Shown here one piece after another: positions 1 through 12,881 of a DNA stretch of 64,000 bases. The number at the start of each line of letters is the position of its first letter. Positions within the stretch are counted from its first letter, which is position 1. The notes beneath the pieces were generated by a model. That model had not been told where the DNA came from. It did no database searches and worked only from the letters and a program-made list of their open reading frames with translations. A program made the translations under genes and the position numbers. This DNA is from Octopus sinensis (Eukaryota), in assembly GCF_006345805.1 (NCBI RefSeq), contig NC_043013.1:32364001-32428000 (forward strand). Direction: 5' to 3'.

Positions 1-168
1 TTCTATACGTTAGCAAATATTTGCAATATTACGAATGAAAAATCTAAGATAAATAGTAGTCAGAGCTGTCATTAACGTCGGGAAATAAGAAATGTTTTCT
101 TTGAAGAATGAAATACTAATAAAGACGTATGAATATTTCATCGCTACATCAATATTTATCGGAAGTTG

Positions 169-362
169 AAGGCGGTGTGCTGGCAGAACCGTTACCGCAC
201 CGGGCATTTCGTCTGTCTTTATATTCTAAGATCAGATTCCGCCGAGGTGAGTTTTTCCTTTCGGGTGTCAATAAAATAAGTACCAGTTGAACCCTGAGGG
301 CGCTGTAATCGACTTACTTCCATCTCCGAAATAGCTGGCCTAGTACTAAAATTTTAAACCGA
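169..362 (+). mobile_element. Degenerate tRNA-derived SINE, family M
   Basis: Head GGCGGTGTGCTGGCAGAACCGTT and core CCTTTCGGGTGTCAATAAAATAAGTACCAG resemble the young copies at 10794 and 62872. Confidence 0.7.
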
Positions 363-467
363 TATCTATTAAGATTAGAGAGCTTTGTCGAGCTATAATT
401 TCCCTTTGGATTGTTGGAACAGGCGGTCCAACTTCAATTTCCAGTGAGTCTATTTTATTTTATCGCT

Positions 468-804
468 TATATTTCGGGACGGTCATTTTTTCTGTTATGC
501 CAAGTAAACACACGCACTATATATTCGTTCTTCACTCGTTTATTGCTGTTATTTTAACTCATGTCCATTCTCCGGAAATCTTGCGTCACGCATCAATAAC
601 CTCTTCAGCGAATCGACTAAACGGAGCAGGAGCATACACGAGGACGGAAATTGTCGCTGGAGAGGTCACAGATGTGTGACGAAAGATTTCCGGAAAATTG
701 GACATGAGCTAAAATAAGAACAGTAATAAACGAGTGAGGAACGAATCTATAGTGCGTGTGTTTATTTGGAAAGGACAAAAGAAAAATGACCGTCACGAAA
801 TATA
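468..804. mobile_element. Fold-back MITE with long (~140 bp) imperfect TIRs
   Basis: Left end TATATTTCGGGACGGTCATTTTT and right end AAAAATGACCGTCACGAAATATA are reverse complements. The arms keep pairing inward to about 610/655, which explains the mirror-image ORFs 497+ and 617-. Confidence 0.85.
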
Positions 805-1108
805 GCAATATCTGTTTCAACACGCAATTTCACACCAGGAATTGTGCAACACAAATTCATGAACGCATTTTATTTTATAATTGCTACTAATGCTTCAACG
901 AAAAAGATATTAGCTTTACAACTTTTCTGTTCTGCAGAATAAAGAGATATTATTTAACAAGTTTTTAAAAGATTGCTGCTGAACACCAATGAATGATTGG
1001 TAAACGTCTAGAGAGCCGTTGATCTGTCGTGGTTGTTTATTCCAGCTCATCTTTGGTCGGGCAGATATCTGATCAAGAGTCTTCCAGCCGTAACTGTCTC
1101 AACCTTTG

Positions 1109-1533
1109 GGATCTTTTCGGTTTGAACGGCAGTTTTTTCTAGCGGTGTCATATGAAATTGTCACCCATAATTATGACCCTAGTATCGATCTATTGCATTT
1201 CAATCTGTTTTAGGGTTAGGGTTAGTTAGGGTTAGGGATGGGGGAAGGGTATCTTTTTTCTTCACAAATGTAAATAAACCCAATCTGTTTCTTAAACGAG
1301 GGACATATTCATACGGCACAGAATGTTTTTTACCTCAATGGACGTCATTGATTGGTTGAAATTGCAGAAATTGAAGAAAAAAAACAACAAATATCTTACA
1401 AACTATAGAATTTTCTCAATAAAGCCAAGAGAAAATGATGTTTTATAAACACATTCTACCAATATACGATGTTTAAAATTTTTTAGTTACTTGGAAATTA
1501 GGTTAAAAACTGCCGTTCAAACCGAAAATGTCC
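1109..1533. mobile_element. Non-autonomous DNA transposon with GG...CC termini and 8-bp TSD (Merlin-like)
   Basis: TIRs GGATCTTTTCGGTTTGAACGGCAGTTTTT / AAAAACTGCCGTTCAAACCGAAAATGTCC. Direct repeat AACCTTTG at 1101-1108 and 1534-1541. Internal TTAGGG repeats near 1210-1238. Confidence 0.85.
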
Positions 1534-1749
1534 AACCTTTGTCCTTCTGGCATAATTTACTTCGGACTACATAACTGCATTTGTTCTTCCTTTTATTTAA
1601 ACGGTGGTATATGATTTGAGGGTGATTTGGCTGGGGCGGTGGGTTCTAGAACATCAGACGTGTAGAGTACGCATCAATAGGTCGACCGCGTCGAGGGCTC
1701 AGTTTTCAATAAAAATAATTTAACCTCTTTTACACTTCTGAGGGCTTTC

Positions 1750-1965
1750 TAAGGCGACAAACAGGCAGGACTGTTAGCTCATCAGGCACATTGCTTAGTG
1801 GTAGTTTGCTCGTCTTTACGTTCTGAGTTCAAATTCCGACGAGGTCAACTTTGCCTTTCATTCTTTCGGATTCGACAAAACAAGTACTAGTTGAACACTG
1901 GAGTCGATGTGATTGACGTACCCACTCCCCCAAAATTGCTGCCTTGTGTCAAAATTTGAAACCGT
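1750..1965 (+). mobile_element. Degenerate SINE, family M
   Basis: TACGTTCTGAGTTCAAATTCCGACGAGGTCAACTTTGCCTTTCATTCTTTCGG core. Confidence 0.75.
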
Positions 1966-2916
1966 TACGAACGCTTTCCATGAAAACCTAACTGTAATAA
2001 GACAGCATAAAATATTTAAAGCTTAACGATATTCTTATCAAAGCATTATATTTTCTTTCCATTGTCAGGAATTTCTTTTTTGGTGTTTTTTTTTTTGTGG
2101 CTTTGAGCCAATGTTATTATTTGTGTTATTTCCAAACGTAAATTGAAAATGGGAGAATTCGCAAAGAAAGTTCGCATAATTATAAATTTATGGCATAATA
2201 TTTCGTTATTTATTTCAGTCATTACATACTTTACCGACTGAAAATGTTTATTTTAAGTACCTTTTTCTTTATATATAGAAACGATAATATTACTGCATAC
2301 ATAAGGCAAGTTACATGAATAAAAGTATTGTGTATTGTCATTTATATTAATTTCCATAAAATTATATCATCTACCGAAGTCGGCTAAAACTTCATTCTTT
2401 CAAAATCCATAAATTATGTGCCAGCCAATTTAATTGACTGTGGCCGGCTACTATAAATTTATAGCCTTAGATTTACATTATATATATATATTGTATATAT
2501 ATATATATAAATAAAGTTTACACATGAAGAATATAACAAAAGGCAAGGCTAAACAAGAACTCGTAAAACTTGCAGACCACGACGATAGTAGAGAATTATA
2601 GAACAAAGTAAAAACAGTGAATGTGGATAGTCATTCGACTCGAACAAGGAACCGATAGTAAAATGAAAAATTTTACTTATAAAGACGGAGAAAATTGACA
2701 CGAACATAAATTCTCTTCCTCGACTGTCGAATAAAACTCACGTCGATTTTGGTACTGTTTTAGGGTATTTTGACGTAAACGATTGATTTAAGACAAGTTG
2801 TGCGAAGAAGTGACGCATAGTGGGGGAGTAATGAGACCTTCGATATTAGGGGGAAATAGAAAAAAACAGTGGATAAAAAGGTTATGTCAGAGCAGTCCAA
2901 AGGTCAAATAAGAACA

Positions 2917-3303
2917 TGTTTCTTTATTACCCACAAGGGGCTAAACATAGAGGGGACAAACAAGGACAGACAAACGGATTAAGTCAATTACATCAACCCC
3001 AGTGTGCAACTGGTACTTAATTTATCGACCCCGAAAGGATGAAAGGCAAAGTCGACCTCGGTGGAATTTAACCTCAGAACATAAAAATCAGACGAAATAC
3101 CTATTTCTTTACTACCCACAAGATGCTAAACATAGAGGGGACAAACAAAGACAGACAAACGGATTAAGTCGATTACATCAACCCCAGTGCGTAACTGGTA
3201 CTTAATTTATCGACCCCGAAAGGATGAAAGGCAAAGTCGACCTCGGCGGAATTTGAACTCAGAACGTAACAGCAGACGAAATACGGCTACGCATTTCGCC
3301 CGC
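2917..3303 (-). mobile_element. SINE family M, head-to-tail dimer
   Basis: Two ~182-bp units on the minus strand, joined at GACGAAATACCTATTTCTTT (about 3091-3110). Confidence 0.9.
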
Positions 3304-3889
3304 CTTTCAAAAAGGAACGTGACTGACAAAAAGAAGACATAACGTAGGACAATGAAGAGAAGAGAGAGAAAACGAAGAATCAGTTGCATAACAAGAACGA
3401 GAACGTACACTCACACATGCACACGCGCTCGCATGTGTGTTTCTTGCGCTGCTTTGGACCCTCAATTTCAGATGAGGCTGTAGGTTAACCTTCGTGACAT
3501 ATAAGTGTCTTGGGTGTTTTCTTATGCCCGGTGCAGCCCACATCTCCTCAGATTTGTCCAAGTCGATTCTAGAAAGGTAGAGTAACATCTGCTCCAGTAC
3601 TGAAAAATATTTATCGACTCCGAAAGGGTGGAAGGAAAAACTGACAACGGCGGTATTAGAATACAAAGCACAGGGATCCAAGACATACGATCTGACATCT
3701 CTGTCTGTTCCCCACTTTATATAAACATGTATACACACGCACCATTTCTCTCACTCGCGCGCGTGCGCACTCACACTCACACATATAATACAAGGAAATA
3801 TATACATACATGTAATACACACACACATATATATTCACTCATACGCGCACACATACACACAGCCTTACACCATCGAACATACATGATCT

Positions 3890-5040
3890 TTTGATATCAT
3901 TGTAATACACTTCCAATACGACTGCATTGTATTCAATATTTACTATGTCTACTGACAGGATCACGCTTGTCAGGGTTGTTGGCTCTAACCAACATGGACC
4001 AGCAAGAGCGCTAGACAACAAGCACCGTTTACTCCTCTATCTTCTTTGCCAGACATATGGATGACATTTCATTGCTGGGGATGGGAAGCACTCCGTCGGT
4101 TACGACGACGAGGGTTCCGGTTGATCCGATCAACGGAACAGCCTGATCGTGAAATTAACGTGTAGGTGGCTGAGCACTCCACAGACACAGACACGTGTAC
4201 CCATAACGTAGTTCTAGGGGATATTCAGCGTGACACAGAGAGTGACAAGGCCGGCCCTTTGAAATACAGGTACAACAGAAACAGGAAGTAAGAGTGAGAG
4301 AAAGTTGTGGTGAAAGAGTACAGCAGGGATCACCACCATCCCCGCCGGAGCCTCGTGGAGCTTTAGGTGTTTTCGCTCAATAAACACTCACAACGCCCGG
4401 TCTGGGAATCGAAACCGCTGCCCTAACCACTGGGCCATTGCGCCTCCACATTTCATTGCTAGCGTCTGCTTAAAAGGCCGTCAGTATATATCAACAATTA
4501 AACAACGTCCAAAGTAGAATTTCCCTGACGCCAATGGCTCCCTCTTACTGCTCGATTTCCATTTCAAGATTACTGCTTAGGAGTTCATTGATATAAACAG
4601 GGACATATTTTTCCTCATGAGTGGGTTCTTCCCACCAAAGCCAAAGCTGGTAAGAGGTGCAGCGAGACAGCAGTTTAAGCCTTCAAAAACCAAGCGAATT
4701 CAGAGGATTCTATTAAATACCAGCTACGCCAAAAAATACAAGGTTAAAATACAGCAAAGGAATATCCACACTTCCAGATATAGGAAGTGTTTCCAGAGAT
4801 TGTCTAATACTGATGTTAGACCCACTGCTGCAATCCACTGAGAGGGTCAATAGAGTGGAAGAGGCGGTGACGTCCTGACGGTGCACTCGGGTCATTTTTT
4901 TCAAGAAATTCCTATCTGGAAATCAACCAAATAGACAGCTAGAAGGCGTACTCACTGAAAAACTGCTCCATCTACAATGTCTGCATGTGCTCGAAGGTCA
5001 AGTTAATAAAGTGGTCCACCGATGGTAAAACCACCGCATT
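3890..5040 (+). pseudogene. Decayed Penelope-like element reverse transcriptase, interrupted by a SINE
   Basis: Manual translation TGSRLSGLLALTNMDQQER*...IFFARHMDDISL resembles the PLE RT motifs GSxLSxxLA and RYxDD. After the SINE, PDANGSLLLLDF resembles LxFLD. Contains stops and frameshifts. Confidence 0.65.
4077..4447 (-). mobile_element. tRNA(Arg)-derived SINE, family R (OR-like), full length
   Basis: Reverse complement starts GGAGGCGCAATGGCCCAGTGGTTAGGGCAGCG. 13-bp TSD ACATTTCATTGCT at 4064-4076 and 4448-4460. Confidence 0.9.
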
Positions 5041-5085
5041 AACTTCTAAGGTAAAAGCTAATGAGGTGGTTCATCCAACGGAAGT

Positions 5086-5472
5086 GGAGGCGCAATGGCC
5101 CAGTGGCTAGGGCAAGCGGACTCGCGGTCATAGGATCGCGGTTTCGATTCCCAGACCGGGCGTTGTGATTGTTTATTGAGCGAAAACACCTTAAAGCTCC
5201 ACGAGGCTCCGGCAGGGGATGGTGGTGATCCCTGCTGTACTCTTTCACCACAACTTTCTCTTACTCTTACTTCCTGTTTCTGTTGTACCTGTATTTAAAA
5301 GGGCCAGCCTTGTCACTCTCTGTGTCACGCTGAATATCCCTAGAACTACGTTAAGGGTACACGTGTCTGTGGAGTGCTCAGCCACCTACACGTTAATTTC
5401 ACGATCAGGCTGTTCCGTTGATTCGGATCAACCGGAACCCTCGTCGTCGTAACTGACGGAGTGCTTCCACCA
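5086..5472 (+). mobile_element. tRNA(Arg)-derived SINE, family R, full length
   Basis: A-box TGGCCCAGTGG, anticodon-like GACTCGCGGTC, B-box-like GGTTTCGATTCC. TSD CATCCAACG(G/A)AAGTG at 5072 and 5473. Confidence 0.9.
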
Positions 5473-5937
5473 CATCCAACGAAAGTGTTATCCGTAACCT
5501 ATATAGCCGTATCATGAAACACGCGCAAACAAACGCAGTATTCAGAAAAAAACATCTGCAGAAACCCAAGCTACATGTAGTATGTTTTCTCTCAAACACC
5601 TGTTTTATAGTTACCATTATGATAAACAAAGTTAACATCAGCAGTTTGAAGATCAAAAGAAACCTTCTTCATTCATAAGTTGAAATCACCGATTATCGGC
5701 AGATAAGTTATATAAAAAAAGGTTGATTATATCACGTCAGAAACGCTATCCCTCCCACATATCTGAGCAAAAAATAACAGCTCAGTACCATCTTCCACAA
5801 TCTCCTAACGAATAGGTATTGACCGCGAAATATGGAATTATAAGCTAAAGTGCAAATTGTTTTGTCTTCATTATTTCTTTTTTTGTCACATTTCAATTTG
5901 CATTGTATTGGCATTTAACAATTACATTTAAAACCTT

Positions 5938-5992
5938 ATAGACAGATAGAAGGCAGATAGATAGATAGATATATAGATAGATAGATAGATAG

Positions 5993-6023
<31 letters not shown>

Positions 6024-6089
6024 GATATATATATATATTATATATATATATATATATATTATGTATATATATGTATATGTATATATATG

Positions 6090-6165
<76 letters not shown>

Positions 6166-6166
6166 G

Positions 6167-6233
<67 letters not shown>

Positions 6234-6290
6234 GTAATATATATATATGTATATATATATAATGTATATATATATATATATATATATATA
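5938..6290. repeat. (GATA)n/(TA)n compound microsatellite
   Basis: Directly visible; source of the poly-YI ORFs. Confidence 0.95.
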
Positions 6291-6884
6291 TGGGTGAGGA
6301 GTGTGTGTTGAAAGAGAGGAGACTGTGTGCATGTGTGATTATATAACTTAAGAGTCGTAGAAATCCAAAACAGTAGCTGATGGAGTGAAATACCGAGCAA
6401 TAACTGAAGATGTTCTTTATATCTCGAGTTCGAATTTCACCAAAGTCGAATGTTTATTTATTTATTCCTTCTTAGATCGATATAATAAATATCAGTAAAA
6501 TATAGGTGTTGACGCTATCAACTCTGTCCTCTGTTCGAAAAATTTGCCTTGTTTCTCACTTAGAAATCGATATTTAGTCACATTCTTTTAGCAGTCTTCG
6601 CACAATCGATTTCGCTTTTCATTCTTTAATGATCAATAGTAATATATTGAGGTCGAGTAAATCGGTTGTACTCTCTCCTTCATATTTATTGTCAATGTTC
6701 AGAAATCAATATTTATTTATTCATTATTAAGTTCAGAGTTGAAATTCTACCCGAGCAGACGATTACTTTTCATCCTTCCGGGGTCGATGAAGTAACACCT
6801 GTCATTTGATCCATGGAGTCGACCTTACAAAATTTATAGTCTGGGGCCAATTAAATAAATCATTATTTCCTATTACATATATAT

Positions 6885-7150
6885 ATTGATAGAAAGATAG
6901 ATAGGTAGAGAGAAAGAGGGAGGAAGAGAGAGAGACAGATAGATAGAGGAAGAGAGAGAGCGAGAGAGAGACAGACATACAGGAAGAGAGAGAATGGGAG
7001 AGAGTAACAGTCAGACAGGAAGGAAGGGAGAGAGAGTGAGAGAGAGAGAGTGACTAACAGACAGGAAGTGAGAGCGAGAAAGAGAGAGTGACTGACATAT
7101 AGACAGATAGACAGACAGATAGACAGACAGATAGACAGACGGACAGACAG
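6885..7150. repeat. (GA)n/(GACA)n purine-rich tract
   Basis: Directly visible. Confidence 0.9.
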
Positions 7151-7465
7151 AAGAACATTTGAAATTATATAAAAAATATATATACATGATGATATTGCAA
7201 TAATTGTTTGTAATATTTTTATTGTTTAGTCGTTGGTCAACCCTGACTGAAGAGACCTATGATGAACTATGATCTAAGGCTTTTAGGAGACACTCACCTT
7301 CTCATTGTTTAAGGTATAACATCTTCAAGACTATATTATCTGAATGCGTATCACCTTCACTTTCAACCAATCACGCGTGATTTGGGGAAGGTTTTAGATG
7401 TTACTTCTGGCAAGTCAAACCACAGTGTATAGTTTCGTTCGTTGATTCGCTAATTGCTGATATTG

Positions 7466-7860
7466 TGGAGGCGCAATGGCCCAGTGGTTAGGGCAGCGGA
7501 CTCGCGGTCATAGGATTGCGGTTTCGATTCCCAGACCGGACGTTGTGAGTGTCTATTGAGCGAAAACACCTAAAAGCTCCACGAGGCTCCGGCAGGGGAT
7601 GGTGGTGATCCCTGCTGTACTCTTTCACCACAACTTTCTCTCACTCTTACTTCCTGTTTCTGTTGTACCTGTATTTCAAAGGGCCGGGCTTGTCACTCTC
7701 TGTGTCACGCTGAATATCCCCTAGAACTACGTTAAGGGTACACACGTGTCTGTGGAGTGCTCAGCCACTTACACGTTAATTTCACGAGCAGGCTGTTCCG
7801 TTGATTCGGATCAACCGGAACCCTCGTCGTCGTAACCGACGGAGTGCTACCATTCCATCC
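7466..7860 (+). mobile_element. SINE family R, full length
   Basis: Near-identical to the 5086 copy. TSD AATTG(C/T)TGATATTG at 7452 and 7861. Confidence 0.9.
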
Positions 7861-10009
7861 AATTGTTGATATTGCTCATATCGTTTCTTCTAGTCAAACA
7901 TTTATTTTTGGAGTTTTTATTACCCGAGAGGTGTACAAAGTAAACGCGAATTAAATGAGTTGGCTATAGACAGAGTTTAGCACCAGTGACATGGTATAAG
8001 ACTGCTATTTCAAACTCCTCTTTTTGACTTGGATACGTAACACTGTGATTATTTTGTTGAAGTAGTGTATTAAAATGAAGCTGTCTCGTAGTCCTCAATA
8101 AGTCGTTAGGGCATAACCCAATAGACGATTGTTTTTCTTTATGATGTGGATATCATAGACACACTGCAGTCTTCCGCGAATCATTTCTTCTTCCAATCTA
8201 TAGACTATGAAAGGAAACTGAAGGTAAAAATAAATAAGTCGAATGACAAGATTCAACAAAGAAAAACTTTGTCTTTTTGATTCGATTTTCATGAAGCTTA
8301 TTGCTGTTCTGCAGCGCTGTCATAATATGATATATTAAATGCCATAACCTATTGGAAAATAATATGTCTACGTTTCATTTGCTTAAAGAATATTTATGAA
8401 TGTTTCATATTCATAAGTAAGACTGGTGCACGAATGAAAATAAAAAAAAGGGGGAAGCTGCGAAGCTGCGTTGCACTTGAAGATATAAATAATAGATTAT
8501 CAAACTGTATACATATTTATTTTTAATTTGAAGGAAATATAAAACCCTCATATGAAATTATTGGTAGTTTGCAAAAACTTATTTTGTTTACTTGAAAAGA
8601 CATTATAAACTAAATAAAGGGCAGTTGATTAGCAAATCAGTAGAATGGCAAACCAAATAAGATTGTAATATTTGTGGTTAAGAAGCTCGCTTTGCAACTA
8701 TTTGGCTTGAGGTTCGATCCAGCATGATCGCAGTTCATTGACTGAAACAAGTAAAAGATGTAATGTGCCAGCCCAATTCATCACTGCTTTATAGGCAGCT
8801 GATCTTCACGATGATTAGAGCAGGAAATTGGGTGCACCTTCCCTGAGAAGCAGTCGGGTGTCCCCGACCCTTCTCTGTTTTTTCAGCTCATGAAGAGTTT
8901 AGAAATTATTTACTTTCTTATTTAACTCACAGTAAGTCTTTGTAATGAGTAATTTTTTTTTTTTCTTATCTACGCTGTGTAGTACATAAATATTGTATAA
9001 TTATTTTCTTTATAACTTAAACAGAAGAGGAACAGCGCCGCTCGAGACCGATTTCAAAGACTCTGGCGATTAATTGTAGCAATGGAGGGAAATTGTCTCA
9101 GGCTGGAGATCTACTCTCAATACTTGTAACGGTGTGAACTATTTTAAAGGCTCCCAAAGTTCAGGGTGTGGCGCCGTTAAACTGGGTGGAATAATTGAGC
9201 CACTCAAAAACAGAGACAGTCCCTCCGACATCCTTTCATACAGTTTTCATCATTCACAAGGATTCTATTGACTCAAGACCATCGTATAATGTGATAATAG
9301 CCAAAACGACTTTGGTGCAAAGTAAGCTTGTTAAAAGAACAACAGAAAAAAAAAAAGAACACCGTAGGATAGTCATGACTTGAATGTCTTTGATCATAAG
9401 TTTCCTCACTCAGACCTCACGTGGAACTAAACAGTAGTATCAGCAACAACGACTATGATAACAACCGCAACAATAACAACAACATGACGACGACGATGAT
9501 CACCACCACCACCACTACAACAATGGCATCTCATAAATTAAAACACTACACGTATTTGTTGTAATAAATCTGATTAAATTTAAGCGGTTGGTTACACATA
9601 GAAATGGAGACTAATGGGTTTTCTCTAATTTCATGTTTTTTTTTTTCTTTTTCAGTGATTTAGTCGCTGCAGTCTAGAATCAACACCCTTTTTAAACCTG
9701 AAAAGATAATTTGGTTGTTAGGGAGTATAACATGAATAATTTTAAATTTAGTATTCTTCAGTAGTTAAAGGCTAAAATAGAAGAAATAACTGATTACGGT
9801 ACTTCTAAGGTACGCAGAGGTTAATTAAGAGTAAATCTCTATGACCTGTAAGTCACAGAAAGGCTGTTGAGGAGTATTACATGGAGAGTTTTTCAGGATT
9901 CTTCAATGGACGAGGGCTGACAGTTGCAAGAAGTAGCAGATTGAAGTAGTTCTGAGACGCTGCAAGATTAACGTAAGGTGTAATCCTTTCTACTATAGGC
10001 CTGAAATTC

Positions 10010-10192
10010 TGGGAGAGAGAGATTAAGTCGATTACATCGACTCTAGTGTGTAACTGATAACTATTTCCTCGACTCCCAAAAGGTTGAATGGCAAAATCGA
10101 CCTTCACGGAATTTGAACTCAGAACGTAAGAACGGATGAAATGCCGTTGAGCATTTTGTCCGGCATGCTAACGATTCTGTCAGCTCGCCGCT
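10010..10192 (-). mobile_element. SINE family M copy
   Basis: GGAATTTGAACTCAGAACGTAA...CTAACGATTCTGTCAGCTCGCCGC is the reverse complement of the family head. Confidence 0.8.
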
Positions 10193-10379
10193 TTGATTAA
10201 TGTAGAGTATAATGATGTGTATGCATTAAAAAAAGTGTTTGGATAAGAGATGGGTCGGGTTTCAGGTACTCAACGCTATTCTTTTGAAAATAATATTCAA
10301 TGTCTCAAGTTTGAGAGAAAACATACTACAGATAAAAACTATCAGAAGGTACGTCTCACAACTGATGTAAAGAGAATCA

Positions 10380-10770
10380 TGTGGCTGTGTGGCAGGCAAG
10401 AAGCTTGCTTCCCAACGACGTGGTTCCGGGTCCAGCCCCACTCCGCGGCACATTGGGCAATTGTCTTCAACTATAGCCACGGCTAGACCAAAGCCTTGTG
10501 AATTGATTTGGTAGACGGAAACTGAAAAAAGCCAGTCGTGTGTGTGTGTGGTGTCTGTGTGCGTGTCTATGTCTGTGTTCGTCCCCTCCATCACCGCTTG
10601 ACAACCGATGTTGGTATGTATACGTCCCTGTAAATTAACGATTCGACAACAGAGATTGATAGAATAAGTACTAGGCTTAAAACAAAATAAGTCTGGGATC
10701 GATTTGTTCAACTAAAACCCATCATCAAGGCAGTGCTCCAGCATGGGCGCAGTCAAATGACTGAAACAAA
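10380..10770 (+). mobile_element. tRNA-derived SINE family K (CORE-like TTGGGCAA motif, internal microsatellite)
   Basis: Head GTGGCTGTGTGG..AAGAAGCTTGCTTCCCAAC..GGTTCCGGGT, body GATTTGGTAGACGGAAACTGAAA, tail GCTCCAGCATGG..CAGTCAAATGACTGAAACAA. Confidence 0.85.
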
Positions 10771-10793
10771 TAATTGAATCTAAGAGCGTTATA

Positions 10794-11203
10794 AGGCTGC
10801 GAGCTGGCAGAAACGTTAGCACGCCGGGCGAAATGTATTTCGTCTGCCGCTACGTTCTGAGTTCAAATTCCACCGAGGTCGACTTTGCCTTTCATCCTTT
10901 CGGAGTCGATTAAATAAGTCCCAGTTACGCACTGGGGTCGATGTAATCGACTTAATCCGTTTATCTGTCCTTGTTTGTCCCGTCTGTGTTTGGATCCTTG
11001 TGGGTAGTAAAGAAATAGGTATTTCGTCTGCCGCTACGTTCTGAGTTCAAATTCCGCCGAGGTCGACTTTGCCTTTCATCCTTTCGGGGTCGATAAATTA
11101 AGTATCAGTTATGCACTGGAGTCGATATAATCGACTTAATCCGTTTGTCTTTCCTTGTTTTTTTCTCTCTGTGTTTAGCCCCTTGTGGGCAATAAAGAAA
11201 TAA
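10794..11203 (+). mobile_element. SINE family M dimer with 18-bp TSD
   Basis: TSD GAATCTAAGAGCGTTATA at 10776-10793 and 11204-11221. Internal junction AAAGAAATA|GGTATTTCG at 11017/11018. Confidence 0.92.
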
Positions 11204-11503
11204 GAATCTAAGAGCGTTATACAAAATTACTGTAATACTGTTCTGGAAGTAATTTAATTATCATTAATGTTCGTCGTCGGATTTATATTTAGGATTACTG
11301 GTCTCTATTTCGAAACAATAACGACAATTGATAGCTTTTTCCCATCCCACTTTAAACTCAGCACAGAGGCACACATGCTGACATTCACAACTAAGTGGAC
11401 AGCTTACTCGAAATTCGAGATGTTCAAGGACCTTAACTAATAGAAACAAATTATCAATTTCACTTGCAAAATGAAATATCTGCAATTTTCATATATCATT
11501 GTT

Positions 11504-11538
<35 letters not shown>

Positions 11539-11544
11539 TAACAA

Positions 11545-12273
11545 CAACAGAACGTCATAAAGGAGTTAGAACCAGCGGAAAGCTACAAATACCTAGGGGT
11601 ATTTGAAGGTGATGGAATCAAACATTCAATGATGAGGGAAAGGAACAGAAAAGGGCAATACTGAAGACAAAGCTGAATGCGAGAATCAGGATCGAAGCGA
11701 TCAATGCTTTAGCCATACTGGTCGTGAGTTACAGTTTCAATATCTTTAACTGGTCAATTACTAAAATATGTAATCTTGACAGAAAAATACGAAAATTGTT
11801 GACAATGCATAGTATGTACCACCCTAAGGCAGATATTGAACGATTTTATCTGCCAAGAAAAGAGGTGGCCGTGGACTTTTACAACTGGAATTAGCAATGA
11901 AGATTGCTACAACTGGCCTAAACACCTACCTGAAAAACCCTGATAAATGGATGTCAAAACTTGTTTCAAAGCAGGAAAACAAGAAAACATCAAACTCAAT
12001 AACAAAACAGGCAGAGAAATATCTAAATGAATTCCAAATGCAACAAATCCCAGAATGAGACATATTGGAAACAATCACAGAAAAAGCTAAGCGAATGAAA
12101 ACCTGTGCTAAAACTGCTGCTTTAGATATTCTTACTGGTAAATGGCAAGAAAAACCTCTGAATCAAAAATACCCAAAGAGAGTAAATAATACCGGTGTTG
12201 ACAAAGCCCTTACCCAACATTGGTTGATGTCTTCCGGCTTAAAATCAGAGACAGGAGAGTTTATCATAGCAAT
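11545..12273 (+). pseudogene. R4/Dong-clade non-LTR retrotransposon fragment (RT C-terminal region) following (TAA)n
   Basis: Translates with frameshifts as ELEPAESYKYLGV...IEAINALAI..VSYSF..NW...LDRKIRKLLTMH..YHPKADIERFYLPRKE.GRGL...WLMSSGLKSETGEFIIAI. Preceded by (ATA)n at about 11506-11535. Confidence 0.85.
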
Positions 12274-12274
12274 T

Positions 12275-12440
12275 TGGGGAGAGGGGGAAAGTCGATTACA
12301 TCGACCCCCAGTGCTCAACTGGTACTTATTTAATCGACCCCGAAAGAATGAAAGGCGAAGTCAACCTCAGTGGAATTTGAAATCAGAAAGTGAAGACGGA
12401 CGAAATGCCGCTAAGCATTTTGTCCAACTTGCCGCTTCAT
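12275..12440 (-). mobile_element. SINE family M copy truncating the R4 fragment
   Basis: GTCGATTACATCGACCCCCAGTGCTCAACTGGTACTT core on the minus strand. Confidence 0.75.
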
Positions 12441-12881
12441 TAATAATAGCTTCTTTGGTTATAGGTTCTCTTCTGATCAATCCCTGGTTCACAATATTTC
12501 TAACGGCAATGGCATTTCATGAGAACTCCTTACTAGAACACCTTACTTGTCCGTGTTATTAAGGATCTTTTTTTTTTTTGTGCATTTCGCTTATGCTTAT
12601 ACTTCACTGATGTACATTGGCAAAAGATATACAGATATAAACCATATATGTACCTGTGTGTGTGTGAGTGTGGGGGAGCACACTACGCACGCGCATGCGT
12701 TTTAATGGCTCAGTGAGGAGAGGAGGAACAGAGCCCGTAATTATTTCTAAGGCACTGATGGGAGTCAGAAGGAATTATTCCCATGATTGACCACGAAACT
12801 TGCAACAGATTCGTTTCCGTGTTAGAGCTCTCAAGACTCCCAAGGACAAGATGGTGTTATTTAGCATAAGCATACTTTTAC

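Noticed and set aside
2815-2840. Polypurine tract of an LTR retrotransposon (AGTGGGGGAGTAATG)
   Set aside because: No paired LTRs or integrase sequence could be found to support it.
2917-3303. Tandem units resembling a CRISPR or other spacer array
   Set aside because: The units are ~182-bp SINE bodies with no unique spacers, there are no cas genes, and the context is eukaryotic.
5086-5160. tRNA-Arg gene
   Set aside because: The tRNA-like head runs straight into a multi-copy SINE body with TSDs, so it is not a functional tRNA. The same applies to 54073-54140.
12065-12562. 165-aa ORF as a gene
   Set aside because: Chimeric read-through of an R4 fragment, an antisense SINE and flanking DNA.
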